This document shows positions 1 through 8,075 of a stretch of DNA of 25,991 bases, in pieces. The stretch is from the IMG/VR virus record IMGVR_UViG_2913137851_000001; one strand, 5' to 3'. Both the position numbers and the translations under genes were made by a program. The DNA comes from a virus. Taxonomy: Duplodnaviria; Heunggongvirae; Uroviricota; Caudoviricetes. Position 1 is the stretch's first letter, and each line of letters begins with the position of its first letter. The notes under the pieces are model-generated. The model worked only from the letters and a program-made list of their open reading frames with translations. It was not told where the DNA came from and did no database searches.

Positions 1-1
1 A

Positions 2-1297
2 TTAATTTTTCATTGCTTCGTTATGGGGCATGGTTGGGGCAAACTCGCTTAACTGTGTATTTAACAAAGCTACCTGTGCATTATTGTTTTCAGACATCCA
101 TTTTCCGTATACCTGAAATACCATTTGCGCATCTGCATGGCCCATCTGGTTTGCTATAAATGCCGGGTTAGCACCAGCTGTCAGCGACCAGCAGGCATAA
201 GTATGTCTCGACTGATATGATTTTCGATGGCGGAGTCCGGCACGTTTTATCGCTGCGTCCCACATCTGCCTTATTGAGTCAACGGTAAAATGGTCACCAT
301 AATTTTTTACTCTCGCTGACACTTCAGGTTGAAAAACAAAGGTGCATTTATGTTTTTCTGTTCTGCCATACTCTCTGAGGTGAACATCAATGATATGCTC
401 TTTGCTCAGTCTCGTTAATGTCATCTGACTCCGGAGAGCGTCGATTGCTGGCTTAATAAGATGAATGACCCGATTGGTTCCCGCCTGTGTTTTTGGTACC
501 GTGAAACGGTCTTTTGCTAAATTTCTCCTGATCATCATTGTTCCATTTTTCAGATCTATGTCCTCCCATCCAAGTGCACACAGCTCACCAGGGCGAACGC
601 CAGTATAAACAGAAACACACCATAAATTTTTGGCTTGCTGATTTCTGCACGCATCGATAAGACGGATGAATTCCTCCCGCGAAAGAGGATCCGGAATGGT
701 TCTTGATTCCTTTAATGGCGAGATCCCCTTAAACGGGTTATCTGCCAGGTAACCGTTATCAACACCAAACTGGAACACGGCGTTAAGATTTGTCATGTAA
801 TTATTTACAGTTACAGCCGATCTCCCTGGTTGTGTAACAATATAGTTACTTTTGGGGATCTGGTATCCAGTCAGTAGCTCTTTACGAACCTCCAGTAATT
901 TTTCTTTATTAATCGATGAGGCAAGATTTTTTTCACCGATTATGCTCAGGATATTTTTGATGACGGCACGGTATGTGTTGAGTGATGTTTTTGCGACTTC
1001 AGTTTCTTTCAGTGCCAGAAATTTTTCAGCCAGTTCTTTTATGGTTAAATCTTGTCGAGTCTCACCAAATTTTTCCAGATTGCGTGAGGAGGGAAACTGT
1101 TTTGCATAGTCGAAAACACCAGTTTTTATTGCGTAACAAACAGAGGCGCGTAGCTCACCTGCAACGCGCCTGTTTTTTGCTGTGTCAGGAACCCCCAGGT
1201 TTTCCCTGACTCTTACGCCTTTATAAACAAACCAGATACGTAATTTCCCTCCATGGTTTTCCACGCCTGTCGGATATTTCATTTCAACTTCTCTCAT
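2..1297 (-). CDS. Prophage tyrosine-type site-specific integrase
   Basis: 431-codon ORF whose stop lies at window positions 2-4. C-terminal region carries the tyrosine-recombinase box II pattern (LRHTYA ... GH ... YG). An excisionase-like gene sits immediately upstream on the same strand. Start ambiguous between ATG at 1297 and ATG at 1282 (MKYPTG...). Confidence 0.8.
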   Translation of the reverse strand: MREVEMKYPTGVENHGGKLRIWFVYKGVRVRENLGVPDTAKNRRVAGELRASVCYAIKTGVFDYAKQFPSSRNLEKFGETRQDLTIKELAEKFLALKETEVAKTSLNTYRAVIKNILSIIGEKNLASSINKEKLLEVRKELLTGYQIPKSNYIVTQPGRSAVTVNNYMTNLNAVFQFGVDNGYLADNPFKGISPLKESRTIPDPLSREEFIRLIDACRNQQAKNLWCVSVYTGVRPGELCALGWEDIDLKNGTMMIRRNLAKDRFTVPKTQAGTNRVIHLIKPAIDALRSQMTLTRLSKEHIIDVHLREYGRTEKHKCTFVFQPEVSARVKNYGDHFTVDSIRQMWDAAIKRAGLRHRKSYQSRHTYACWSLTAGANPAFIANQMGHADAQMVFQVYGKWMSENNNAQVALLNTQLSEFAPTMPHNEAMKN

Positions 1298-1316
1298 TAG
1301 TTAGTGTGGCTTTTAG

Positions 1317-1568
1317 TCAAGTAAGATGACGTCTTGGTCTTGCTGATGCCTGGCGCTCAATCCAGCGATCAATTTCTTCCAGGTTGTAAAAGCATGGACT
1401 GTTATCCCATGGCATACCGTCATGAGCGACATGCTTATATTCCCTTCCTTCCATAAACGATTTTTCCCGGGCCTTTTTTAACGTACCTTTTTTTATTCCT
1501 TTCAGCGCAATTAACTGCTCTTCGGATACCCATTTGCCGGGAGAGACAATCATGATTACTTCGCTCAT
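1317..1568 (-). CDS. Small excisionase / AlpA-like DNA-binding protein
   Basis: 83-aa ORF directly upstream of int on the same strand, the usual xis-int arrangement. Purine-rich stretch (AAGAG) upstream of the ATG. Function is inferred from position and size only. Confidence 0.55.
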   Translation of the reverse strand: MSEVIMIVSPGKWVSEEQLIALKGIKKGTLKKAREKSFMEGREYKHVAHDGMPWDNSPCFYNLEEIDRWIERQASARPRRHLT

Positions 1569-1640
1569 CGATTTCTTTATCTCTTACATCAGACGAGCGC
1601 CGGTTGCAGAATACCAGTCACAACCGGCGACAGTTGAACA

Positions 1641-4112
1641 TTAAGAATCAGCCTGACTCGGGATCAGTTTTTGCCAGATAACTGAAACGTATTTTGCCTG
1701 GTAACGGGCGTCATCAAGTGCATTATGGCGCTCACCTTCGAATGGAATAGCCGTTCTGGCATCGAAGTCTATGGCTTTCCCCAGCTCAACGATTGTGCGT
1801 ACATCGCGATCGTTGTAGTAACGCCACGGGCAGGGGATCCCCTGCCGTTCGTATGAACGGCGCAAAATCGTGTTGTCGAAGTTGGCTCCATTTCCCCAAA
1901 CCTGAACAAAAAATTCACCGGAGTTTTCGTCGATAAATTCTCGCAATTGTAACAGTGCATCATCTAACGGGATTTCATCGGTCATAATGGCAGATTGCGC
2001 TTCGCGTGATTGCTTAAGCCACCATTTAATGGTGTCCCGATCAATGACTCCGCCAGCAGTTTCCAGATCGATAGTCTTACTAAATTCCGGTCCCATATCT
2101 CCGGTTTGCGGATCGAAAAATATTGCACCTATTGAGATGATCGGGGCATCAGGATTTTTTCCCATGGTTTCAAGGTCGATCATTAGATGGTCACACGTCC
2201 TGCTGGTGGATGTGATTTCGTGATGACTGTTCACCTTAATTGGGTGATCTGCCGTCTCGCCAGTTTCATTATCGCTATTGTGATGCTGATTGCCGCCAGT
2301 GTTCTCCTTGTGTGGATGTTCAGCGCCTTCCATTTCCTCCGGATCATCTTCCTGAACTTCAACCTGATACTCTTCATCGAATGTTTCTTGGTATGTTGCG
2401 TCGCCCATCACCGCGCCACAATCAGGGCAGTTGCCGCCGCCGGTCTGACCGCAGGCGGTGCAGACTTTTTCCACTTCCTGTTGCGCTACTGGTTCAGGCT
2501 GTTTCGTTTCTGGCTCGTTTTGTAACGCATTTGGACTGTTTTGTTCCGCTTTTTGGTAGTTCCGTTCCGATTCATGCTGGTTCTGGTTCACAGAATCGCG
2601 GGTCTGGAGCCCCTTAACCCATTTCGGATCATTCGGGTCACTAATCCCTTCAACAAATTCACCACGTGATGCAGCAAGCAACTTATCGGCGTCAGGCTGG
2701 CTGATATTGGCTGCCTGCATAATTTTGTTTACTTCGTCAGCGGTAACTTTTATCGGCTCTGGTTGTTCTGAATCTTCAGCGGTATCTACATTTTGCGGTA
2801 AGCCCGTGTATGTGCCATTTTTTCGGGCAAAATATTCTTCTTTTGTGATTTCAGTGGCGCCAGCAGCCAGTGCCTTATCCAGACCAGAGAGTTTGTTTGC
2901 GCGACCGTATTTTTCTCCGTCCTTATCTGCGAAGAGGAAATAGAACGGCCCCTCACGCTCTACAGATGGTTCAGCTTCCGGCGCGGTTTCATTTTTTGGG
3001 ATATCAGATACCTCAGTTTCCACTGCATCAGTTTGTGTTTCTGATGACTGGAGAACATCAACAGTGCCCAGGTCTGTTTCTTCATTCTCAAACACGCCCT
3101 TTGTCGTCAGGTATTCGCAGATATATTTGTTCAGTGCTACGGGATCTTTGTGAATGTCGATCGGACGCTCACGGACAAGGCCAAAAATAGTTTGGCGGTC
3201 GTAGCGAAGGGCATCAGGCTGTTTGCGCATTGATGCCGAGATACGCTTCCAGTCTTCGCGGTCGTTGTCGATAACTTCTTTTTTTGCCCAGCGATGGATG
3301 CTGCCGTCAATGTTTCCGGCATCCACATCACTAGGCCAGAGAGCGTAGGCCAGTTCGTCATCCAGTGTTTTCCATGTCTGCTTGTATTCGCGATGAATGG
3401 CAGCAATGACCGGGCTGATTTTTCCTGTTGAATTTTCAGTGTACTGTTGATTGGCTCTGGCGCGGGCGAGATCAACAACAGACGTGTATTTTCCGGTTTC
3501 CTTGCGTTCACCTTCGCGACGTTTTTTCCAGATGCGCATCTCTGCCTGAATTTCGGGCCATTTAGCACCAGGAATACATTTATGCTTAACCCACCCAATG
3601 GCGTGCAACTTAAGCTCCGGATACATGGCGTTAACTTCTGGCATTTTCATCAACGCTTCAACGATATGTCCGTCGAATGTTGCCATGTCTTCCTGCAACA
3701 ATTCCTGTGCGCTAATAACCATATCAACGGTGATGTTTTCACATGTGTCGAACTTAACCATGACAGCGTTCTGTACTTCAGGGGCCAGCTTGTCAAAAGT
3801 GACGTTCATCGGATCGGATTCAGTCTCAACCGGGACAAAAGAAGCAGACTCCTCATCCCAGCGGTTTTCCTGCATATATTCAGCATCCCATGAATCGAGG
3901 GCAGGGCGGGGTATGCCAGGTTTATCCTCGCAGACAATAAATTTATAAGCGCAGTCCTGAGCAGCCGGATAATGTTCCAGGAATTGCCAGTGAAATTTTG
4001 CTCGAGCACGGCGTTCGTCGCCAGCTTCAATGGCTGTGGCTACAGCCACAGCGCCTTCTTCCCTTGTTGCCAGTTCGTCAGGAATAGCGGCGCAAATAAA
4101 GACTTTACTCAT
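1641..4112 (-). CDS. RecE-like prophage exonuclease with C-terminal DnaQ-like (DEDDh) 3'-5' exonuclease domain
   Basis: Long ORF; the preferred start is the ATG at 4112 (MSKVF...), preceded by GAGG, rather than the TTG at 4148 used in the ORF track. Middle region contains DKLLAASRGEFVEGISDPNDPKWVKGLQTRD, which I recall as a conserved block in Rac RecE. C-terminal ~190 aa show the DEDDh pattern (MIDLETMG ... H ... ALDDA). A Cys4 cluster (CTACGQTGGGNCPDCG) lies between them. Confidence 0.75.
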   Translation of the reverse strand: MSKVFICAAIPDELATREEGAVAVATAIEAGDERRARAKFHWQFLEHYPAAQDCAYKFIVCEDKPGIPRPALDSWDAEYMQENRWDEESASFVPVETESDPMNVTFDKLAPEVQNAVMVKFDTCENITVDMVISAQELLQEDMATFDGHIVEALMKMPEVNAMYPELKLHAIGWVKHKCIPGAKWPEIQAEMRIWKKRREGERKETGKYTSVVDLARARANQQYTENSTGKISPVIAAIHREYKQTWKTLDDELAYALWPSDVDAGNIDGSIHRWAKKEVIDNDREDWKRISASMRKQPDALRYDRQTIFGLVRERPIDIHKDPVALNKYICEYLTTKGVFENEETDLGTVDVLQSSETQTDAVETEVSDIPKNETAPEAEPSVEREGPFYFLFADKDGEKYGRANKLSGLDKALAAGATEITKEEYFARKNGTYTGLPQNVDTAEDSEQPEPIKVTADEVNKIMQAANISQPDADKLLAASRGEFVEGISDPNDPKWVKGLQTRDSVNQNQHESERNYQKAEQNSPNALQNEPETKQPEPVAQQEVEKVCTACGQTGGGNCPDCGAVMGDATYQETFDEEYQVEVQEDDPEEMEGAEHPHKENTGGNQHHNSDNETGETADHPIKVNSHHEITSTSRTCDHLMIDLETMGKNPDAPIISIGAIFFDPQTGDMGPEFSKTIDLETAGGVIDRDTIKWWLKQSREAQSAIMTDEIPLDDALLQLREFIDENSGEFFVQVWGNGANFDNTILRRSYERQGIPCPWRYYNDRDVRTIVELGKAIDFDARTAIPFEGERHNALDDARYQAKYVSVIWQKLIPSQADS

Positions 4113-4204
4113 TTGTTTTAACCTCATGACAGATTTAAGGATGAACAAATCCCTGCCATTGCTGGCATATAAGAATGAAACCGGATATTTATTACGGAAC
4201 TGTT

Positions 4205-4396
4205 TTAAAGACCTGCCGGGATTTCGATATTATCCTGGTGAATAACTTTATCGACCGGGTAACAGTTACCGGGAATTTTCTGTTCGGTTGCTGCAGTCAT
4301 ACACTCCTGCATTGTCCTGTGAACACTGACTGCAATATCAACTGGCTCTCCGGAAACAAGAAAAACTGTCAGAACAAGCACAAATGCTGAATTCAT
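4205..4396 (-). CDS. ydfD: YdfD, small membrane lysis protein
   Basis: 63 aa from the internal ATG (MNSAFVLVLTVFLVSGEPVD...), matching recalled YdfD. N-terminal hydrophobic helix. Its ATG overlaps the dicB stop (ATGA). Confidence 0.75.
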   Translation of the reverse strand: MNSAFVLVLTVFLVSGEPVDIAVSVHRTMQECMTAATEQKIPGNCYPVDKVIHQDNIEIPAGL

Positions 4397-4581
4397 TGTG
4401 CACATCCTTTTGGCATCAGACGTAAACGAGCCAGCATTGAAACAATGCATATTTTATTTAATAGCTCCCGTTCTTGTTTTCTCTTGTTAATGGCATCTTC
4501 AGTAAATACTGGGTTACTGATAGTGACACCAATTTCAAAACAACCTTCAGACGTATTAACGTTTGGTAATAACGTTTTCAT
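4393..4581 (-). CDS. dicB: DicB cell-division inhibitor
   Basis: 62 aa (MKTLLPNVNTSEGCFEIGVTISNPVFTEDAINKRKQERELLNKICIVSMLARLRLMPKGCAQ), matching recalled DicB. Lies downstream of DicF on the same strand. Confidence 0.88.
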   Translation of the reverse strand: MKTLLPNVNTSEGCFEIGVTISNPVFTEDAINKRKQERELLNKICIVSMLARLRLMPKGCAQ

Positions 4582-4755
4582 TATCGCGTCCTCAACAATG
4601 AATTTTGTGATGCAGTGCCTGGTGCCTCCAGGTGACGTTAACCAGTTAACAATTAACGCCGGATACAGAGAATCCACCCATAACACTGTTTTTGGTTTTA
4701 ACTGTTCCGCGTGCGCTCAGCCGCATTCACCACATCACAAAATTCACTTTAAAAA

Positions 4756-4808
4756 GGGCGGCAGAGCAGTCACGGAGTAAAACTGATACCGCCAAACGTC
4801 ACCAGAAA
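4756..4808 (-). ncRNA. dicF: DicF small regulatory RNA
   Basis: Reverse complement of 4756-4808 reads TTTCTGGTGACGTTTGGCGGTATCAGTTTTACTCCGTGACTGCTCTGCCGCCC, matching recalled 53-nt DicF. It ends in a GC-rich stem followed by TTTTT (the + strand AAAAA at 4751-4755). Sits between ydfC and dicB as in K-12. Confidence 0.85.
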
Positions 4809-5148
4809 ATTGATAACAGAGGGCGTTGCAGCGGGGTTGTCACTTAAGCGTATGGTCAACCTGACAACCCGGTGTCCTCAACGGGGAAGGAATAACCCCG
4901 CCATACTTACCGCCGCGCCATTTCGCGGGTTGCCACAACCGGAAGCGCACGGTCGACGAAAATTTAACGACAGGCTATCTATGAACCAGCTACCTCGCCG
5001 TGCGCTTTCGCGTTATGGTCTGACTTTTCAGGGAAATATCCTTTCAGTAAACTGTCAGTTCCGGATGCGCACCCGTGTCCGGCGCACGCACTCCACCTCA
5101 CCCGTGGAGAACTCCTTAATTACTAACCTTAGCTTTGTTGATTAGCTA

Positions 5149-5367
5149 CTAACGCGGGTATGTAATCATTCTGGCAATGCTTAATGCCGCTGCTTTTTCC
5201 AGATTGGTGATATCCTGCTCCAGAGCGGACAGATTTTCAGCCTGCTTAGCCCTGGCTTCATTAGCCCATTTCAGATCCTGCGCTGCATTAATTTTCTGGC
5301 GCATCCACTCATAAAGTTCATCATCGGTATAGTCTGGCGCGATGATGACGGGTTCTCGTTTCTGCAT
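5149..5367 (-). CDS. ydfC: YdfC, dicB-operon protein
   Basis: 72-aa ORF (MQKREPVIIAPDYTDDELYEWMRQKINAAQDLKWANEAR...), consistent with recalled YdfC and with operon position. Confidence 0.75.
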   Translation of the reverse strand: MQKREPVIIAPDYTDDELYEWMRQKINAAQDLKWANEARAKQAENLSALEQDITNLEKAAALSIARMITYPR

Positions 5368-5396
5368 ACTGATTCCTCGCGGTGCTGTTTCGCTTA

Positions 5397-5525
5397 TCAG
5401 CCGTTAGATTTTGCCGAACTGGAAAGCGCCTGTTTAAACTCACTGAAGCTGAGAGCTTCTTCGCCTTCGGCAAGGCCTTCGAAGTATTCTTCGTAAGCCT
5501 TTTCCATGATTGTGTCGAAATCCAT
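5397..5525 (-). CDS. ydfB: YdfB, small dicB-operon protein
   Basis: 42-aa ORF below the ORF-track size cut-off, translated by hand as MDFDTIMEKAYEEYFEGLAEGEEALSFSEFKQALSSSAKSNG. AGGTGAG SD upstream. Start is 1 nt beyond the ydfA stop. Confidence 0.7.
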   Translation of the reverse strand: MDFDTIMEKAYEEYFEGLAEGEEALSFSEFKQALSSSAKSNG

Positions 5526-5526
5526 A

Positions 5527-5682
5527 TCACTCACCTGAGTTTCTTTCCAGCCAGCGACGGGCACCATTTTCGGTTTTAAACGTTTTGCTTTTGGTATACG
5601 TCATTGCGGTGAACGTGCCGTCCTGGTTTGGAAACACGCCGTACACCAGAGATTCGTTGTTGCCAAGATCGATAGTATCCAT
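5527..5682 (-). CDS. ydfA: YdfA, first gene of the dicB operon
   Basis: 51 aa from the internal ATG (MDTIDLGNNESLVYGVFPNQDGTFTAMTYTKSKTFKTENGARRWLERNSGE). TGAGGT SD upstream. Confidence 0.7.
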   Translation of the reverse strand: MDTIDLGNNESLVYGVFPNQDGTFTAMTYTKSKTFKTENGARRWLERNSGE

Positions 5683-5848
5683 GCTGACCTCATTTCCCCT
5701 TAACGCTGGGGTAGCGGAACTGTTTGCTGAGAACACCGTGCGGTGTGTTGATGCAAACAAGATTAGCCATGACTAACATATCGGTCAAGTGATTTTGTAT
5801 GCTATAGCTAACATAATTGATGTGGTAAAAGATAACTCATTGATGATG

Positions 5849-6256
5849 TTATCTTTTATTTGTCCGCTGACGGGCTTTTAGTAATTCTTCAAAGAGTTTA
5901 TTGAAGTTTTTTACTCGAGCTCGCATTTCGGCGAGCTGGGTATCCTGTTCTGATTCTGGCAGTGCATTAAACAGCTCAAGGAGCTCTAGTTCTTTGGGGG
6001 ATAAGGCAACTGGCTTCTCAACAGGTGGTGTTGGTTGCTTGTCTTCATCGCCAAATAGAATCCATGTTGGTGAGCATTGCAATACTTTGCTGAGGGCAAA
6101 AAGGTTCTTCCCTGTAGGTTCACTATCACCCCGTTCCCATTGTGATACAGACACATGGGAGATTTTCAGGGCTTTAGCAAGAGACCTTTGGGTGTGTTTG
6201 AGGTTTTTCCGACGATACCTGATGCGTTCGCCGATAGTTAAATTTTTTGTTTCCAT
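5849..6256 (-). CDS. dicA: DicA, HTH (Xre/c2-like) repressor
   Basis: 135 aa (METKNLTIGERIRYRRKNLKHTQRSLAKALKISHVSVSQWERG...) with an HTH motif; matches recalled DicA. Divergent from dicC. Confidence 0.88.
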   Translation of the reverse strand: METKNLTIGERIRYRRKNLKHTQRSLAKALKISHVSVSQWERGDSEPTGKNLFALSKVLQCSPTWILFGDEDKQPTPPVEKPVALSPKELELLELFNALPESEQDTQLAEMRARVKNFNKLFEELLKARQRTNKR

Positions 6257-6307
6257 AGTTAGCTAATGCTAAATCGTATTGACTATGTTTTTGTTAACAT
6301 CTATCTT

Positions 6308-6323
6308 GTTAGTTATGACTAAC
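6308..6323. promoter_or_regulatory. Palindromic operator-like site in the dicA-dicC intergenic region
   Basis: GTTAGT-TATG-ACTAAC inverted repeat between the divergent dicA and dicC starts. A related site TTAGCCATGACTAA occurs at 5763-5776 upstream of ydfA. Confidence 0.5.
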
Positions 6324-6339
6324 AATAAAGGTGTTTTAA

Positions 6340-6570
6340 ATGCTTAAAACTGACGCTCTTTTGTATTTCGGTTCAAAAACAAAACTTGCACAAGCAGCAG
6401 GTATTCGTTTGGCTTCGCTTTATAGCTGGAAAGGGGATTTAGTTCCCGAAGGTCGCGCGATGCGTCTACAGGAGGCATCTGGCGGGGAGCTTCAGTATGA
6501 TCCCAAAGTTTATGATGAATATCGTAAGACGAAGCGGGCGGGGCGGTTGAACAATGAAAATCACTCCTGA
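6340..6570 (+). CDS. dicC: DicC, Cro-like regulator
   Basis: 76-aa ORF divergent from dicA (MLKTDALLYFGSKTKLAQAAGIRLASLYSWKGD...), consistent with recalled DicC. Confidence 0.8.
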   Translation: MLKTDALLYFGSKTKLAQAAGIRLASLYSWKGDLVPEGRAMRLQEASGGELQYDPKVYDEYRKTKRAGRLNNENHS

Positions 6571-7009
6571 ACAGGCTCGTGAGGCTCTGGATGCCTGGAT
6601 ATGTCGACCAGGAATGACACAGGAGCAGGCGACGATATTAATCACTGAAGCATTCTGGGCTTTGAAAGAGCGCCCGAACATCGATGTTCAGCGTGTCACA
6701 TATGAAGGTGGCGCGATTGATCAGCGAGCGCTTGGCGTTAATCGAGTGAAGATATTTGAACGCTGGAAGGCTATCGACACCAGGGATAAGCGTGAAAAGT
6801 TCACGGCGCTAGTGCCTGCAATTATGGAGGCTATCCGGATTAATGATTTCAGGTTGTATCGTGAAATTACTGACGGAAAAAGCATCACGTGCATGATCGC
6901 CGGGTTAAACAAAGAATATGGCGATGTGGTGGAGTCCGGACTGCTTTTTGCTGATCCTGCCGTAGTGGATCGTGAAACATTACTCATACCACGAAATAAA
7001 AGACGATGA
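6554..7009 (+). CDS. YdaT/YdfX-like (CII-like domain) protein
   Basis: 151-aa ORF overlapping the dicC 3' end by 17 nt. Occupies the position taken by ydaT after the cro-like gene in Rac-type immunity regions. Family assignment rests on weak recalled similarity. Confidence 0.5.
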   Translation: MKITPEQAREALDAWICRPGMTQEQATILITEAFWALKERPNIDVQRVTYEGGAIDQRALGVNRVKIFERWKAIDTRDKREKFTALVPAIMEAIRINDFRLYREITDGKSITCMIAGLNKEYGDVVESGLLFADPAVVDRETLLIPRNKRR

Positions 7010-7020
7010 GGAAGAACAAA

Positions 7021-7480
7021 GTGGCTGATTTTTGTTCAGCTAAATATAACATCAGTTTTGAAGAGCGGGATGAACTATTAATGGACTATGGTGAGTTACG
7101 CGGTGGAAGTGCTGCTGATGTCGAATCCTAGCGTGATGACTATGAAGCGGGAAAAACTCCGGTCGAAGCATATTGTGATGAGTGGGGCGATGAATGAGCG
7201 AGATTAATTATCAGGAAGGGCATGAAACGGCGGGGCAAGCAAAACCAGTGGCATGGCGATATCGCTACGTGAAAAAAGGCGTTACGGACTTTCAGGGGAA
7301 GTAGTGGTCTGGTGACTGGAAATATGTACCGAAAAAAGAGGATTGTAACGACAGGCCGAACTATCAAATTCAGGCCTTATTCACTGCCTCACCAGTCCCA
7401 GTTACATCAGAAGAACTGGTTAAAGCTGTGCACTTTTATGAACAACTAAAACGCGAAAATCCACCAACATCCGGCAACTA
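7021..7480 (+). pseudogene. Decayed early-region ORFs (in-frame amber stop and frameshift)
   Basis: Hand translation: GTG 7021 ... in-frame TAG at 7129-7131 ... TGA at 7195-7197 overlapping ATG 7194 (ATGA). A 36-codon ORF runs 7194-7304 (MSEINYQEGHETAGQAKPVAWRYRYVKKGVTDFQGK). Coding-like sequence continues in another frame to about 7480. Confidence 0.4.
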
Positions 7481-7735
7481 GATTAATGGATTAACTATGT
7501 CGGTTAAACGACCAGCCAACTGAAAAAGCGGAAACCTGATTACAGGTTGCCAGATAAGGCAATGAGCTACCTGGCGCGGAACGGACTGATAAGTATGGGG
7601 AATGTTTTACGATGAACCTTTAGACTAAAGAGTTTGTAACGCTATGTAAGTGATTTTTTCTGGTTTAGATATTTATATGTCCGGCCAAATTGAGGTGTGT
7701 TTAAATGTAATTGCACATTGATTGTAGGAGGAATA

Positions 7736-7915
7736 ATGAAAAACGCATTGCAGTTTTTGTTTGTTGCGTTCTGGTTGTTCGCATCATGTATGCCCATCAT
7801 CTTCACAGCAAGGTATATGGAAAAAGTTGATGTTTTGATATTAATATTTGGATATATAAATGCCCTTTTTTTAGGGGTGTTCATGGCGGTCATGTGCATT
7901 GAATACTGGCGGTAA
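7736..7915 (+). CDS. Small (59-aa) predicted two-helix membrane protein
   Basis: AGGAGG at 7726-7731 precedes ATG 7736. Product MKNALQFLFVAFWLFASCMPIIFTARYMEKVDVLILIFGYINALFLGVFMAVMCIEYWR has two hydrophobic stretches. Sits in an AT-rich island (about 7600-7920). Confidence 0.4.
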   Translation: MKNALQFLFVAFWLFASCMPIIFTARYMEKVDVLILIFGYINALFLGVFMAVMCIEYWR

Positions 7916-8042
7916 ATACAGCGAACTCCATTGGTTTAGTTGGATATTTACTGTGCTGGACAAAAACGGTTTGCGGGGAAATCTTAGTTAAGTAGAATGA
8001 CTGCGGGTGCTTGAGGCTATCTGCCTCGGGCATGGACACCAA

Positions 8043-8046
8043 CGGC
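8043..8046. repeat. Target-site duplication (CGGC), left copy
   Basis: CGGC immediately flanks the IS terminus TGACCTGCC at 8047 and is repeated at 9268-9271. Confidence 0.7.
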
Positions 8047-8075
8047 TGACCTGCCCCCACGATTAGATACAACAC

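Noticed and set aside
852-1209. Plus-strand ORFs of 85 and 75 aa inside the integrase gene
   Set aside because: They lie entirely antisense to a well-supported integrase CDS, have no SD and a low-complexity composition; judged to be chance ORFs.
1769-4030. Multiple ORFs on both strands overlapping the 823-aa exonuclease gene (e.g. 2187-2525, 2870-3190, 3137-3598, 3447-3893)
   Set aside because: All are embedded in or antisense to the long exonuclease ORF; their Cys/Arg/Ser-rich translations are typical of off-frame reads of a real gene.
4810-5145. 111-aa plus-strand ORF between DicF and ydfC
   Set aside because: Opposite strand to the dicB operon in a region expected to be the processed operon transcript; Arg/Pro-rich off-frame composition and no SD.
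7980-8020. Hairpin-like sequence (TGAGGC...GCCTCGGG) just outside the IS left end
   Set aside because: Not followed by a T-tract and not positioned after any gene; insufficient to call a terminator.
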